64,000 nucleotides of DNA from positions 1 to 64,000 of the forward strand of contig CAWJCY010000012.1 of NCBI GenBank assembly GCA_963841565.1, read 5' to 3'. The notes under the pieces are model-generated. The model saw only the letters and a list, made by a program, of their open reading frames with translations. It was not told the origin of the DNA and made no database searches. Below, piece after piece: positions 11,546 through 21,541 of this stretch. Source of the stretch: an uncultured Nitrososphaerales archaeon (GTDB lineage: Archaea > Thermoproteota > Nitrososphaeria > Nitrososphaerales > Nitrososphaeraceae). The position numbers and the translations under genes are program-made. Numbering within the stretch: the stretch's first letter is position 1; every line of letters begins with the position of its first letter.

Positions 11546-11860
11546 TTACATTTTTGATAACAAGTCTGCTTTGAGTTTCTGGAATTCCTCGTCAGATAAT
11601 ATTCCTTTTTGGTGCAGATCAGCATATTTCTGCAACTTCTGAGTGACATCTTCCTGCTGTGATTGGGGTTGGGATTGAGGTTGTTGTTTTTGTTGCTGTA
11701 AGGCTTCTATTTGCTTTTGCTGTGCTTCTATCTGTTGTTGTGATGATTGTTGTTGAGCTTGTGCTGCCTGCGCCTGTTGTTGCTCCTGAGCACCAGCGCG
11801 ACTTCTGGCTACGTGTGCTCCTACAGCTGCTCCAGCCCATCTTCCTCTCATAACCTTCAA
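11546..11860 (-). CDS. Gln-rich SHOCT-domain protein
   Basis: C-terminal LQKYADLHQKGILSDEEFQKLKADLL. Confidence 0.8.
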   Translation of the reverse strand: MKVMRGRWAGAAVGAHVARSRAGAQEQQQAQAAQAQQQSSQQQIEAQQKQIEALQQQKQQPQSQPQSQQEDVTQKLQKYADLHQKGILSDEEFQKLKADLLSKM

Positions 11861-12036
11861 TAGAGTATATGTAGTTAATATACTTTCAAAAAGGAAATTT
11901 CAGTATTTTAGTTATGGTTTAACTCCTTGATACGCTGGTCTGATGGACTTAGTTCAAATGAGGACATTTTCTAAGGCCTCTTCCACTTGCCCCAGGCGAT
12001 ATTACTTAAAACAGAGTTCCATTTGTGGCCTGACTG

Positions 12037-12225
12037 TTATTTCTTGCCTTTAGCCTTATCACAATCATCTAGTTCGTCAAGTACCCTAGCCAGAATATCA
12101 TCAAGAGTCTCGCCCCCTTTGCCATGCGTAACCAGTCTTTGATGAGTTGTTTTTGAGATCTTGATGGTTGTGATGCTTTCCTTATCCTTGACCAACTCGG
12201 TATCGATGGTATACTTAAGACTCAT
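12037..12225 (-). CDS. Small ribbon-helix-helix (CopG/antitoxin-like) DNA-binding protein
   Basis: TTIKISKTTHQRL...GETLDDILARVLD; SD-like GAAGGAGG upstream. Confidence 0.65.
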   Translation of the reverse strand: MSLKYTIDTELVKDKESITTIKISKTTHQRLVTHGKGGETLDDILARVLDELDDCDKAKGKK

Positions 12226-12658
12226 TTGTATATCTTATGCCTCCTTCAGTCGTATTATAGACAACATTTCTTTGTTTTTTCATATACCAAAGATATCAAT
12301 GTGTTAGTTTCGTATACCCTAATATATCTGGTATGATGTATATCTGGTGGTATGAATCAAGAGTTAAAACAGATTCAACAAGAGAACAAGACACTGGATA
12401 AAGCACGTATTATCGTACTACTAACATTTGATTAGAATATTTGATGAGCGTTACTAGTTAGCATATATCATTTTTTCACGAATGATGCCGCTTGTGATAA
12501 TAGTGTATTCGGAACTGCAGAAAGTCATTATAGATTACATTTCCTATTCATAAAACAGTTTCTAGATAGCAAATCCTATCTATAAATAAATGAACGCTAA
12601 GGTACGTAAGAATACGCATGGTCGTTAGCTTTTAAGGATATCTCTACAGGCATTAGGC

Positions 12659-12811
12659 ATGAGAGCCAGGGCAGCCTCTTTAAATGACGTCGGTGATAAC
12701 GCTTCGACTAATTGGGAGTACCCCTTCGCTACTGGAGACGTGCACGTGGCGCTAGCAATTTACTCGAGGGACGATCAAAGCCTGGAAGCAGTTTTGGAGC
12801 ATTCACGCTAG
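12659..12811 (+). pseudogene. Dyp-type peroxidase fragment (not in ORF track)
   Basis: Hand translation MRARAASLNDVGDNASTNWEYPFATGDVHVALAIYSRDDQSLEAVLEHSR resembles the GMAARA..LGD.G..P..W....DVH segment of Dyp peroxidases. Confidence 0.55.
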
Positions 12812-12990
12812 CTTGGAGTATGCCTGACAGATTCGACAACGGTTTATAGCATGATTGTTAAATTGGTGGTGCGTTAGCATTCCTTCATCTATCGTTGCTT
12901 CGCCATGTCGACGATGTTAATAATAAAACCAGTTTATCCTGTCTAACAGTATAAAACAAGCTTAAATACTCCATATTCCATCTAAAGATT

Positions 12991-13230
12991 ATGTCTGATG
13001 CTGTAGTAAATTGGGAATCCATAGTACATAAGAACGTTAGGTCGAAGGATGGAGAAGGCGCAGGGAACGTGGACGCTATTTTTGGAGATACAATAATCAT
13101 TACGTCACAAGGTGATCGTGCAGAATATAAACTACCAAAATCCCAGGTAGAGGGGTACAATGGGGCAGAAGTTTCGTTAAAAGTTACTTTAGATGAATTG
13201 GAGAAGTATAGAACTACCTCCCCTGAATAG
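12991..13230 (+). CDS. Small PRC-barrel-like protein
   Basis: VHKNVRSKDG..AGNVDAI...EYKLPKSQVEGYNG.EV.L. Confidence 0.6.
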   Translation: MSDAVVNWESIVHKNVRSKDGEGAGNVDAIFGDTIIITSQGDRAEYKLPKSQVEGYNGAEVSLKVTLDELEKYRTTSPE

Positions 13231-13630
13231 GACCGCAATTTTTGACTGAATCGGTCCTCAGATTATAAGTCAGATAATTACTTCTTTTAGCAAATAAAAG
13301 TACATCTCCTGTCCACTGTTTTCTAATTTCGCCCTCCTTGACATAAGTCTTGACAAGAATATACTTCCCTAACTTGTTAGTTACGTTATTTAGTAATCGG
13401 GCAATCCCGGCATCATCATCGGATGACGATACAATAGGTCAAACTATCGAGAAGGATGTGAGGTGGGGATGATCCAAGGGAGAGAGGATCATGGCGATGA
13501 TAAGGAACATGATGATAGTCGTCCTCCTGAAAAAGGTGAAATCCTATCATTGAAATAGGATACAATAATTTAACTTAATTTCACTCTAGGCTCCGCAGTT
13601 GTTGCACTTCACTCCTAGAAGGAGATCATT

Positions 13631-13735
13631 ATGAATAAAGTCGGAACTAGAGACATCCCGCCGCTGAACTGGGACGTGCTCGTAACGCCCGGCATACCTA
13701 TTGCCATGAACGACCTACACAGATATTATAAGTAA
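13631..13735 (+). pseudogene. N-terminal remnant of a probable MBL-fold hydrolase, cut at repeat copy C
   Basis: AGGAG SD then MNKVGTRDIPPLNWDVLVTPGIPIAMNDL; the reading runs straight into the repeat. Confidence 0.4.
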
Positions 13736-13804
13736 AAACCGAACTACATATTCAGTGTATATGTGATATGAATCAACACTCTCAGAATTAGATAGTAAAC
13801 CAAC
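13727..13804. repeat. Dispersed repeat copy C, inverted relative to A and B
   Basis: Reverse complement matches 6042-6116 with a few substitutions and one small indel. Confidence 0.9.
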
Positions 13805-13945
13805 TCTAAATTCTACCACAGAAATGGATGCATAATTTGTAAGCTTAGCTAGTTGTCGAGTTAACAGCACCAATCATGCTCCTGCAAAGCTCTATATATC
13901 ATCATCATAAAAGTCGATAGTATATCCGACACAGCTAGGATAATA

Positions 13946-14482
13946 TTGTATATTATAATTATCGTCATTGTAATTATTACCAGAATCAAATGGACTAAAC
14001 ACGGAAGAAAGGTGACGAAGCGAATAATTGTGGCTGACTCTATTTTCTTCTCTGCGTTAGCTTCTATTTTTATTTTTGATTCATTTTATAATATTGGCGT
14101 TCAAATTTTATATCTTATTCCTTATTTAATTCTGTTCTTAGCCTTCGAACATATTTCTTATATGCATTCAAATCGGCTAATATCGTTCTGGAAGGATTCG
14201 AAGTCTGGTTCTATTTACGTCAAGGGGGGAACACACATCCATTATGCATACATTATAGGAACAGCATCACGTCTTATAGTATCAGTTTTATTTATTGGCG
14301 GTTTGTTTGCACGTAGTCGAGAAGGAATAATACATGTTGATAATTCTGCAGCAGTACTTGCAACCATGGTGTTTGATTTCTTATTAATGATTTGTTTCGG
14401 CTTGTTAATAGGAATAAATAGAAGGGTACTTATTAGATACAATTTGATTAAAGAAGGAAAAGAAAAGATCTCGGAAGGGTAG
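13946..14482 (+). CDS. Hypothetical membrane protein (DUF1453/CcdC-like)
   Basis: About 5 hydrophobic helices; FWKD..GSIYVKGG. Confidence 0.55.
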   Translation: MYIIIIVIVIITRIKWTKHGRKVTKRIIVADSIFFSALASIFIFDSFYNIGVQILYLIPYLILFLAFEHISYMHSNRLISFWKDSKSGSIYVKGGTHIHYAYIIGTASRLIVSVLFIGGLFARSREGIIHVDNSAAVLATMVFDFLLMICFGLLIGINRRVLIRYNLIKEGKEKISEG

Positions 14483-14550
14483 ATATACGGTTTCTCTTGT
14501 TTTAATCCTAATACTGTACTCCTACATCGATAAATTTCGCTAACCATTCG

Positions 14551-14676
14551 TTCTCGAGTTGGTTGACTCCCAAGCCATTTCTAAGTCAGCCTGCTGCCTT
14601 AGTTAGCTGAGCTGAAACACTAGCAAACAAAACTTGGGCCTCTATGAGCCCTAGCGGCAAGGCTTGGATGCGAGAA
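14551..14676 (+). ncRNA. Candidate structured RNA
   Basis: Nested stems TTCTCG/CGAGAA and CCAAGCC/GGCTTGG enclosing three hairpins; folded by eye only. Confidence 0.3.
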
Positions 14677-14951
14677 TATAGAGTTCCCAGGTCATCATGA
14701 TCTATCATTCTGGATGCCAAAAGAATTCGCTAACACCATTCAGAAGACGTTAGAACGGTATGGATACAGTCAAGAATGACTATAAAAATTATGCCATTGC
14801 ACCAAGACTAAATAACCAGCTGATCTTTTGTCTGAAGCCTTAACTACCCGGATTCGTAAGATAGCGTGAATAGTTTAGATAACACTTAGACTTGCATTGC
14901 GAGAACCTACGATGTCGTATGACTGTACTATCCTGCTACAAAAAATAAACG

Positions 14952-15212
14952 CTATTCTAGTTCCGCTTTGATACGCTTTACTAACGAATCTACAGTAATA
15001 GGTTTCTTTATGAAGCAACCTATACTCTTCAGTGGATGCACTTCTCTTTTGGCATCTATATTAACTTCTCCAGAAGTCATAAAGCACACTTTGACATTGA
15101 GGTCCTGTTGTAATAATTTTTCACATAATTCAAAGCCATTCATTAAGGGCATGTTTATATCAATAAGTAACAAATCATAAAAGCTGGGTTTGAAATCTGA
15201 TAATGCGAGCAA
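14952..15212 (-). pseudogene. Response-regulator receiver domain, 5'-truncated
   Basis: YDLLLIDINMPLMNGFEL...FMTS...FIKKP; lacks the N-terminal acidic pocket strand. Confidence 0.75.
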
Positions 15213-15491
15213 GGCTGAATTAAATTCGTGAAAAGACTGAACTAAGCAATAAGGCTAGAACCTATCAAGATTTCTGTGACCGAAACTTGAAATTAAAAAA
15301 GAGAGAAGATGATTTTCAATTGTCTATCAACAAATTGGAAGCCAAAGAGGCAGAATTAAATAATTCATCATCTCAGACATTATACGTACCCTACTGCAAG
15401 AATTAGAAGTAGAATTAACTGGGGGAGAAATGTGTGTAGGAGAAGGCTAAAATCATACCTTACGTTACTAGTTCAAGGATTTCCACCTCAC

Positions 15492-15728
15492 GAATTCTAG
15501 GGACAAAGGCTAACACAGATTCAAAACTCAGGGACCTGTGTATAGCGCCCAGCCAGCCAGCCAGGGGACACTTTTGAATTGTGTGTATGCATTTACATAT
15601 GAATGAAATGAATTCTAGGGACAAAGGCTAACACAGATTCAAAACTCAAGGACCTGTGTATAGCGCCCAGCCAGCCAGCCAGGGGACACTTTTGAATTGT
15701 GTGTATGCATTTACATATGAATGAAATG
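15492..15728. repeat. Tandem duplication, 2 x 118 bp with one mismatch
   Basis: GAATTCTAGGGACAAAGG... starts at 15492 and again at 15610. Confidence 0.95.
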
Positions 15729-16040
15729 TACTACTGCATAATATTTCCTAGCCTTTCTCTAGGAATATATAATCCAACAAAAAGTGGGAATAAATTAGTA
15801 ATCAGTTCCATAACAGATAGTAATGTGGTCTACAAAGATTAATCTGGAGTGACGGTCCAACAATAATGGAATAGAGGTGTGTGTGGGAGTTCTCCTCACT
15901 GTGCGTCTGCTATCTATAACACATTTTTAATTACTTAGTTCACTTCTTCTTTGCTGGCTTTGCATTATTCTGCATGCACATTTATGCGTCATTGTTGTTA
16001 TCTTTGCCACTGCCTAATAATAGGCGGCTACAATATTTAA

Positions 16041-16199
16041 CTAAGTTTTATTGCCATGCCGTTCGAGTTCGTGTCTAACACTGTGTTCTATACAATATTT
16101 TCTGCCGCAATAAATACACTCTTCTGTAGCCGGAGAATCGCAGTCGAGCCAACTACATTTCTTCTTTGAGTTATCATTATTGGTGTCGTTATCCTTCAA
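16041..16199 (-). CDS. 52-aa Zn-finger microprotein (not in ORF track)
   Basis: TTG start; MKDNDTNNDNSKKKCSWLDCDSPATEECIYCGRKYCIEHSVRHELERHGNKT; C-x4-C-x7-C-x2-C-x4-C-x2-H-x3-H. Confidence 0.7.
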   Translation of the reverse strand: MKDNDTNNDNSKKKCSWLDCDSPATEECIYCGRKYCIEHSVRHELERHGNKT

Positions 16200-16565
16200 T
16201 GTTCTTATCTCTTCCTGATGTTATATTGTGTACGAGTTCTTATAAATACGGCATATACAATTATATAAAAAAACTAAGGTTAATTCGACTTATTTCTCAT
16301 AAGATAAGTACGGCTAATTGGTAATTTTAAAGTCGCTGACCCGACAAATAAGCCGTCTTGCTCTTAAATTCTTCTAGTAATATCCAGGTATTCGTCAGCA
16401 TTAGCCAGTTCTTCATCATCTCGTGACTTATCTCATGGAGTGATATGTGTTACCATAATAATAATAATCAATGATTTCAGCATATCTGAAGAATGAGTTG
16501 GCGTTAAAGAATCCTCAAGTCAAACACAAAAAGATTGATATTGCGATTCTTGATTCATACATAGA

Positions 16566-16703
16566 ATGGCAAAATGTACAAAATGTGGAGCAGATATTAA
16601 ATCTGGCGGCTATGATACAGAAGAATTAAAGCTTCCCAATGCTACCTGCTATTTAGTTTCTTGTAAGCAATGTAAGACTGTGCTTGGAATAGTTCAAGAG
16701 TAG
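16566..16703 (+). CDS. 45-aa zinc-ribbon microprotein (not in ORF track)
   Basis: MAKCTKCGADIKSGGYDTEELKLPNATCYLVSCKQCKTVLGIVQE; two CxxC knuckles. Confidence 0.7.
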   Translation: MAKCTKCGADIKSGGYDTEELKLPNATCYLVSCKQCKTVLGIVQE

Positions 16704-16836
16704 CCAAATTTACTACTCCCGTTAATATCATCAGAGATGAAGTAGAACCAAAGGCAGCGTATGCTCAATGATTCGATTAATATAGAAATTATGGTTATGC
16801 ACGGATTAACCTAAATATTTCAAACAAAAAGTAAGA

Positions 16837-17361
16837 TCAACGAGAGATCTGCTTCTTGGCCATGGCTTGAGATCTAATTGATGCCAGGGATTGATCAATT
16901 TGATATACCGCCAGTTTCTCTCTTCCAAATATCTCAAATTTTTGAAGAATTGATCGAAATAGGATCTCTTCCTCTACTTGTTCGCTTACAAACCATTGTA
17001 GGAATAAGTATGTTGCACGGTCTTTTTCTTTTTCAGCAATCTCTACTAAATCGTTGATGAGGTTAGTAACAGTCTGTTCACTCTTTAGAGCGGCTTGAAA
17101 AGTAGATTCTAGTGAATCGAATTTACCTTGAGGTTTTTCTATTGCTGGAATTATAGCTTCAGCCTCAGCATTATTAAGATAATGAACGAATTTTAACATG
17201 TGTGTATTTTCCTCAACTGCTTGTTCGAAAAAGAAAGCTGCACTTCCATCGTATCCAGTTCTTTCACACCATGATCCCATCGCAACATATGCATTGATAG
17301 CAGATGCTTCATAGGCAATTTGATCATTAATCGCTTTTTCCATTTGTGATGAAATTCTCAT
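16837..17361 (-). CDS. ftnA: Non-heme ferritin
   Basis: INDQIAYE, EQAVEENTH, EQTVT, FLQWFVSEQVEEE ferroxidase residues. Confidence 0.92.
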   Translation of the reverse strand: MRISSQMEKAINDQIAYEASAINAYVAMGSWCERTGYDGSAAFFFEQAVEENTHMLKFVHYLNNAEAEAIIPAIEKPQGKFDSLESTFQAALKSEQTVTNLINDLVEIAEKEKDRATYLFLQWFVSEQVEEEILFRSILQKFEIFGREKLAVYQIDQSLASIRSQAMAKKQISR

Positions 17362-17911
17362 TTCAACAACGTTAGTATTTACTGATATCTATATTTTTTT
17401 GGAATTACGTGAACGCGCCTACTTCCAGATTAACTAAAGCCAGAACAACATTCCTACATTCGTTATTAAGGTGAGCGTATTTGAGAAATCCTATGCTTGA
17501 GTTATGAGGATCACAATCATAAAGAACACGTAAAGAATTTTGTTAAGAAATATCCTACAGCAAAAGGTAACATACCCGCTGCAGTCATAATGGTAGACCC
17601 TAGGTATTGGTATATTTGAAGGTATATATCTTAATGGTCACAGCAACATTCCTGATAGCAATTGCAATCTCAATCCCTGTCAATTCAATGGCTGCATATG
17701 CGCAAAGAGGAGCCATATCTTAAGATCATTAAGTCCAATATCGGACTAGATTCAGTTACTAGTTCAGCGTGGAAGTGTGTAAATATTAGAAAGCGTAGGA
17801 CGAAACTCAAATAACAGTTTAAGTATTTTATTTTTAACTCAGCTTATACTGCTGAAATATAGATCCAATGATGTTAACTAGCCTTTTGTATTTTGCTCAT
17901 TTTTGATCTTG

Positions 17912-18199
17912 TCACCTGCTCTTTCTATTTCTTCTAACTTTGGTACTCTTAAGTGATTTGCTTTTCTTAGATCTAGATAACGTTAGCTCTGGAGGTATTT
18001 CCCCTGTCGAAGGCTGTTCATCTGTTACATCAATTGAAGTGGGTCCTACTTCACTTTCCTCTAACAGTTTATCCATCTGTTCAGTCACAATAGCTCTTTC
18101 TTCTCTTTCCTCTGCCATGTCGCTATTTTTCGCCCTCATCTTATTTATCTTAGATATAACTAAGAAAGCAGGATTTAGACGGTAAGTCGATTGTTGCAA
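17912..18199 (-). CDS. Hypothetical protein with acidic middle and basic tail
   Basis: Open frame only; start probably at MRAK or MAEE. Confidence 0.4.
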   Translation of the reverse strand: MQQSTYRLNPAFLVISKINKMRAKNSDMAEEREERAIVTEQMDKLLEESEVGPTSIDVTDEQPSTGEIPPELTLSRSKKSKSLKSTKVRRNRKSR

Positions 18200-18275
18200 A
18201 CAACATCTTATTGTATGACATAATTCAATTATGATACTAGTTGTTTTGTTCTATCGGGTATTATCCAATACCAGT

Positions 18276-18569
18276 CTATTCCTGCACGTTAATCAATCCT
18301 TTGGCTGATGGATTTGTGGTAGAATAATAGGGATAAGAACCTGGATTAAGATTTGCCGTTACAAACTCTGCATATCCCTTTGAATTTATTACCCCTGTAT
18401 CGAATAATTTACCTGAGAGTGGATCCTCTGGTCCAATACCACTTGTAATACTCTGAGGGGAATTGCTGTTATTGCCAATAAATATTTCTTCTCCTCGTGT
18501 TATATTGTTGTTTCTGGTCTGAGCGTCGTTATCATTACCGGGTAAAGGGATTATGTCAATGCTGTAATA
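18276..18569 (-). pseudogene. Cupredoxin-fold remnant without Cu ligands or start codon (not in ORF track)
   Basis: Hand translation ...NNSNSPQSITSGIGPEDPLSGKLFDTGVINSKG...PGSYPYYSTTNPSAKGLINVQE. Confidence 0.65.
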
Positions 18570-18662
18570 TCAATACTATCCTTAATTCCTCAGGTTGAGT
18601 TTCTGAGACTGTGACCTTATCTTCTAAAGAAGTCACATGCCTTACTATTTCTTTTGCAATAC

Positions 18663-19085
18663 TTAGGATGCTAGAATCACTAGGATCCTAAGCTTTAGTA
18701 GTGACTCCATTGCATCAATTCCTAACAACCCTACTGCAGTCTCTTTTAGATCCATTTTATGGATTCTTTCTAGGATACCGGCCAGTGTGGCGTACTTTGT
18801 CCTCAATTCATTAATCCCATTTTCAATCATTTGATCAAGCTCCTTATTTTCCCCTATGAAAGTCAATCTCGTAGCGTGAGTCTTCAATACCGACCTTACA
18901 GGATCGACTAGTACCAATACGCTAACGACTTCTTTTAGGTCCATGACCGGAATCCTTTCCAGGATAGCAGTAAATATAGGATACTTTGACCTCAACTCAT
19001 TAGTCTGTTCCTTAACCTTCTCGTGACTGGCATCTTTGTCTGAAATACTCATTAGCTTAAGACTCCAATTGTAGTAATTAAACAT
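18663..19085 (-). CDS. Hypothetical protein with two internal helical repeats
   Basis: ELRSKYPIFTAILERIPVMDLKE and ELRTKYATLAGILERIHKMDLKE; paralog at 39974-40375. Confidence 0.65.
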   Translation of the reverse strand: MFNYYNWSLKLMSISDKDASHEKVKEQTNELRSKYPIFTAILERIPVMDLKEVVSVLVLVDPVRSVLKTHATRLTFIGENKELDQMIENGINELRTKYATLAGILERIHKMDLKETAVGLLGIDAMESLLKLRILVILAS

Positions 19086-19704
19086 TCTAAGAACATCAGG
19101 TAACTCTGCTTCAACAATATGAATATCACTAATAATAGCACTATATGTTTCGAGAAAGTGAATATATGAGTGCTCTTAGTGACACTCGCTTCCAGCACGA
19201 TATTTGGTGACACCATCTCCTAAAGCTGCTGAAGCCCATCTCCCTCTCATAATCTTAAAGGAGTATTGACTTAGTGTCAATGGAAAAATGTTAATTAATG
19301 ATTAAGAAATAGACCGACCTTAGGACTGAATAGAACATTTAGCAATGATTTATGATGGCAACAATCTTATGAATGAAGCTCGTGAAGAGTATGAGCTATG
19401 TGGACTGCTTCGACACCTTAAAACTAGGTTTGAAAGCTAACCTTTTCATTATAAAGAAGAAAGTAGTGATCATGCATGTATAGACATAAGTTTCAGGATA
19501 CAATTAACGTCATGTAGTTTCAGGATATAGTTAACGATCGTGCAGACATGGAAACGATTTTAGAAGACATCAAGAAGCTTATCAAGAAACATAGCAAATC
19601 ACTGTCATGATGGTGATGATAATATTAGGAGAGGAATCAAAGCAGTCAATGAATTTTTCTTCCCAAGTATATGCGTGTCCAGCTGTAAGAGCTTGTATAT
19701 ACAG

Positions 19705-20049
19705 TCAAGCATTAACATTTTCATTATTTTTATCGGCTGCAATAGAGACTAATTCAGATTGTATTATAGCTATCAATCTCATGATTCCCTCGTAGTGATT
19801 CCTTAATAGCAGACTCCTTGTCTTGCCGTGCAACTCAGGAAATGCGTTTTGGGATTCCCTTATTCTAAAGAGTGCAGAATCAATCTTGTTTACATAGAGA
19901 ACACGGCTTAGTCTAAGCAAATAATACTCTGCTTTTAACAATATAGCCTTGTCATTCTGTGAAACATCAGTGCGTGTAGCGAACGTCGAAAGCGCTCTCT
20001 TTTGCTCTTTTATATCTGTCCTAACCTTAGAAAAAAATTCTTCTGACAT
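19705..20049 (-). CDS. Hypothetical protein
   Basis: 114-aa helical-looking ORF with ATG start. Confidence 0.45.
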   Translation of the reverse strand: MSEEFFSKVRTDIKEQKRALSTFATRTDVSQNDKAILLKAEYYLLRLSRVLYVNKIDSALFRIRESQNAFPELHGKTRSLLLRNHYEGIMRLIAIIQSELVSIAADKNNENVNA

Positions 20050-20188
20050 AGGCTATTTGTTATAAACAAGATGGTTCAACTATTTACCTCGTTCGTTTCT
20101 GAGGACGTTAGAAATTCTTTACAGAATGGATAAGCCTCAAGGAATGAGTGATAAAGAATGGGCTGCTAAAAAGAGACAAGCAAGAAAA

Positions 20189-20377
20189 TTACGTAGAGAA
20201 ATCAGGAATGAGGTCTGTTGAATTTTCTAATTGTGCATTTGCGATTTTATACAGAGGTTGATTCGATCCTTCCATTAGGATAGCAACTTCTAATGCAATC
20301 AACAAAGCACATACCACAAAAATTGTCATTGCATTTGCATTTGCGGTTAACGAGACATGATTGTTTAATCGCGTCAT
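20189..20377 (-). CDS. Small putative exported peptide
   Basis: Hydrophobic stretch followed by ANAQ cleavage-like motif. Confidence 0.35.
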   Translation of the reverse strand: MTRLNNHVSLTANANAMTIFVVCALLIALEVAILMEGSNQPLYKIANAQLENSTDLIPDFST

Positions 20378-20544
20378 ACGGAATCTCCAGTAATTGCATT
20401 TATAGAGATGAGCGAGATATTAGCCATAAATATAATATTACAGAAATATATAGAAGGAGGCTTAATTGTGTGAATGATATTTATCCTACTTATTTAACAA
20501 ATACATGTTGCTTCGTTATATCCCCCTCAAAAATAGGTCTGTTG

Positions 20545-21259
20545 TTGACCGCTGGATCAAAAAGCAATTATCTGGTTGAAATTGTTGGCACATTCATCCT
20601 CGTTTACGCTATTTGCTCAGCAGCTACTGTATATTCTGGGACCAACAAACTGCTTGGAATAGCTGGCCTCGGACAGCTCGGAATGATTGGAATAGGTTTG
20701 GTCCATGCTTTTGCCTTAACTGCAATAGTATATGCTATAGCATATCGCACCGGAGCTCAGGTTAATCCAGCTGTTACAATAGGGTTGCTAGTAACAGGAA
20801 AAATGCGTGCAAAAGAAGGCAGCACTGTACATTGCGTGCCAAGTATTAGGGGCTGTTATCGCTGCCGCGGTAGTATATTCAATGTTTGGAAGCGATATGG
20901 CTGCTAGTGTCACACTTCCTGCAGACGATAATGTTAGTAGAGCATTTATATTGGAAACTGTTATGACATTTACTCTTGTATATGTTGTATTAACAACAAC
21001 TACATCTAAAAATTACAAGATAGCGTCATTAGCCGGAGTGGCAATAGGATTTACCCTTGGATTTAATGTCATATTGGGAGGTTCTATAAGTGGCGGCTCT
21101 TTAAACCCAGCACGTTCTTTTGGTCCTGCGCTAATTGTTGGAAACTTTGACTACCAATGGATTTACTGGATAACTCCCATTCTTGGAGGACTAATAGCAG
21201 CCGGGGTGTATAAGGGACTACATAAGGATTTAGACTTACCATCGCCTGAAAATGCGTAG
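20545..21259 (+). CDS. Aquaporin (MIP family), split by a single-base frameshift near 20818
   Basis: GAQVNPAVT and GGSLNPARSFGP in consecutive ORFs; removing one G in GAAGGCAGCA restores KEAALY. Confidence 0.9.
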
Positions 21260-21541
21260 ATAAAATAGGGTTATAGTTCTATGTATTATATTTGAGGTTC
21301 GTAGCATTAACGTCTTTGATATAGTACAGTTCGATTCTATGCCCGTATTGTTTTGATAAATCTATTTCTAAAGACCTCGATTTACAGTTCCTTGCGGCAC
21401 GGTGAATTCAAGCCATTTGATGTTTTCATTATTAATGTTTCCGTGATGAACTATTCTAAAGAGCTGGGCTTTGCGGTGATCTGTTATCAACACCGCACTT
21501 CACAAAAGGGCTAATTTCTTTGATTGTTATTTGGTAGTGGC

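Noticed and set aside
14600-14625. Hammerhead ribozyme core
   Set aside because: CTGAGCT-GAAAC lacks CUGANGA and an intervening stem II
20293-20544. N-terminal extension of the aquaporin ORF
   Set aside because: AT-rich, overlaps an opposite-strand ORF and has no MIP similarity; the start is probably TTG ~20545
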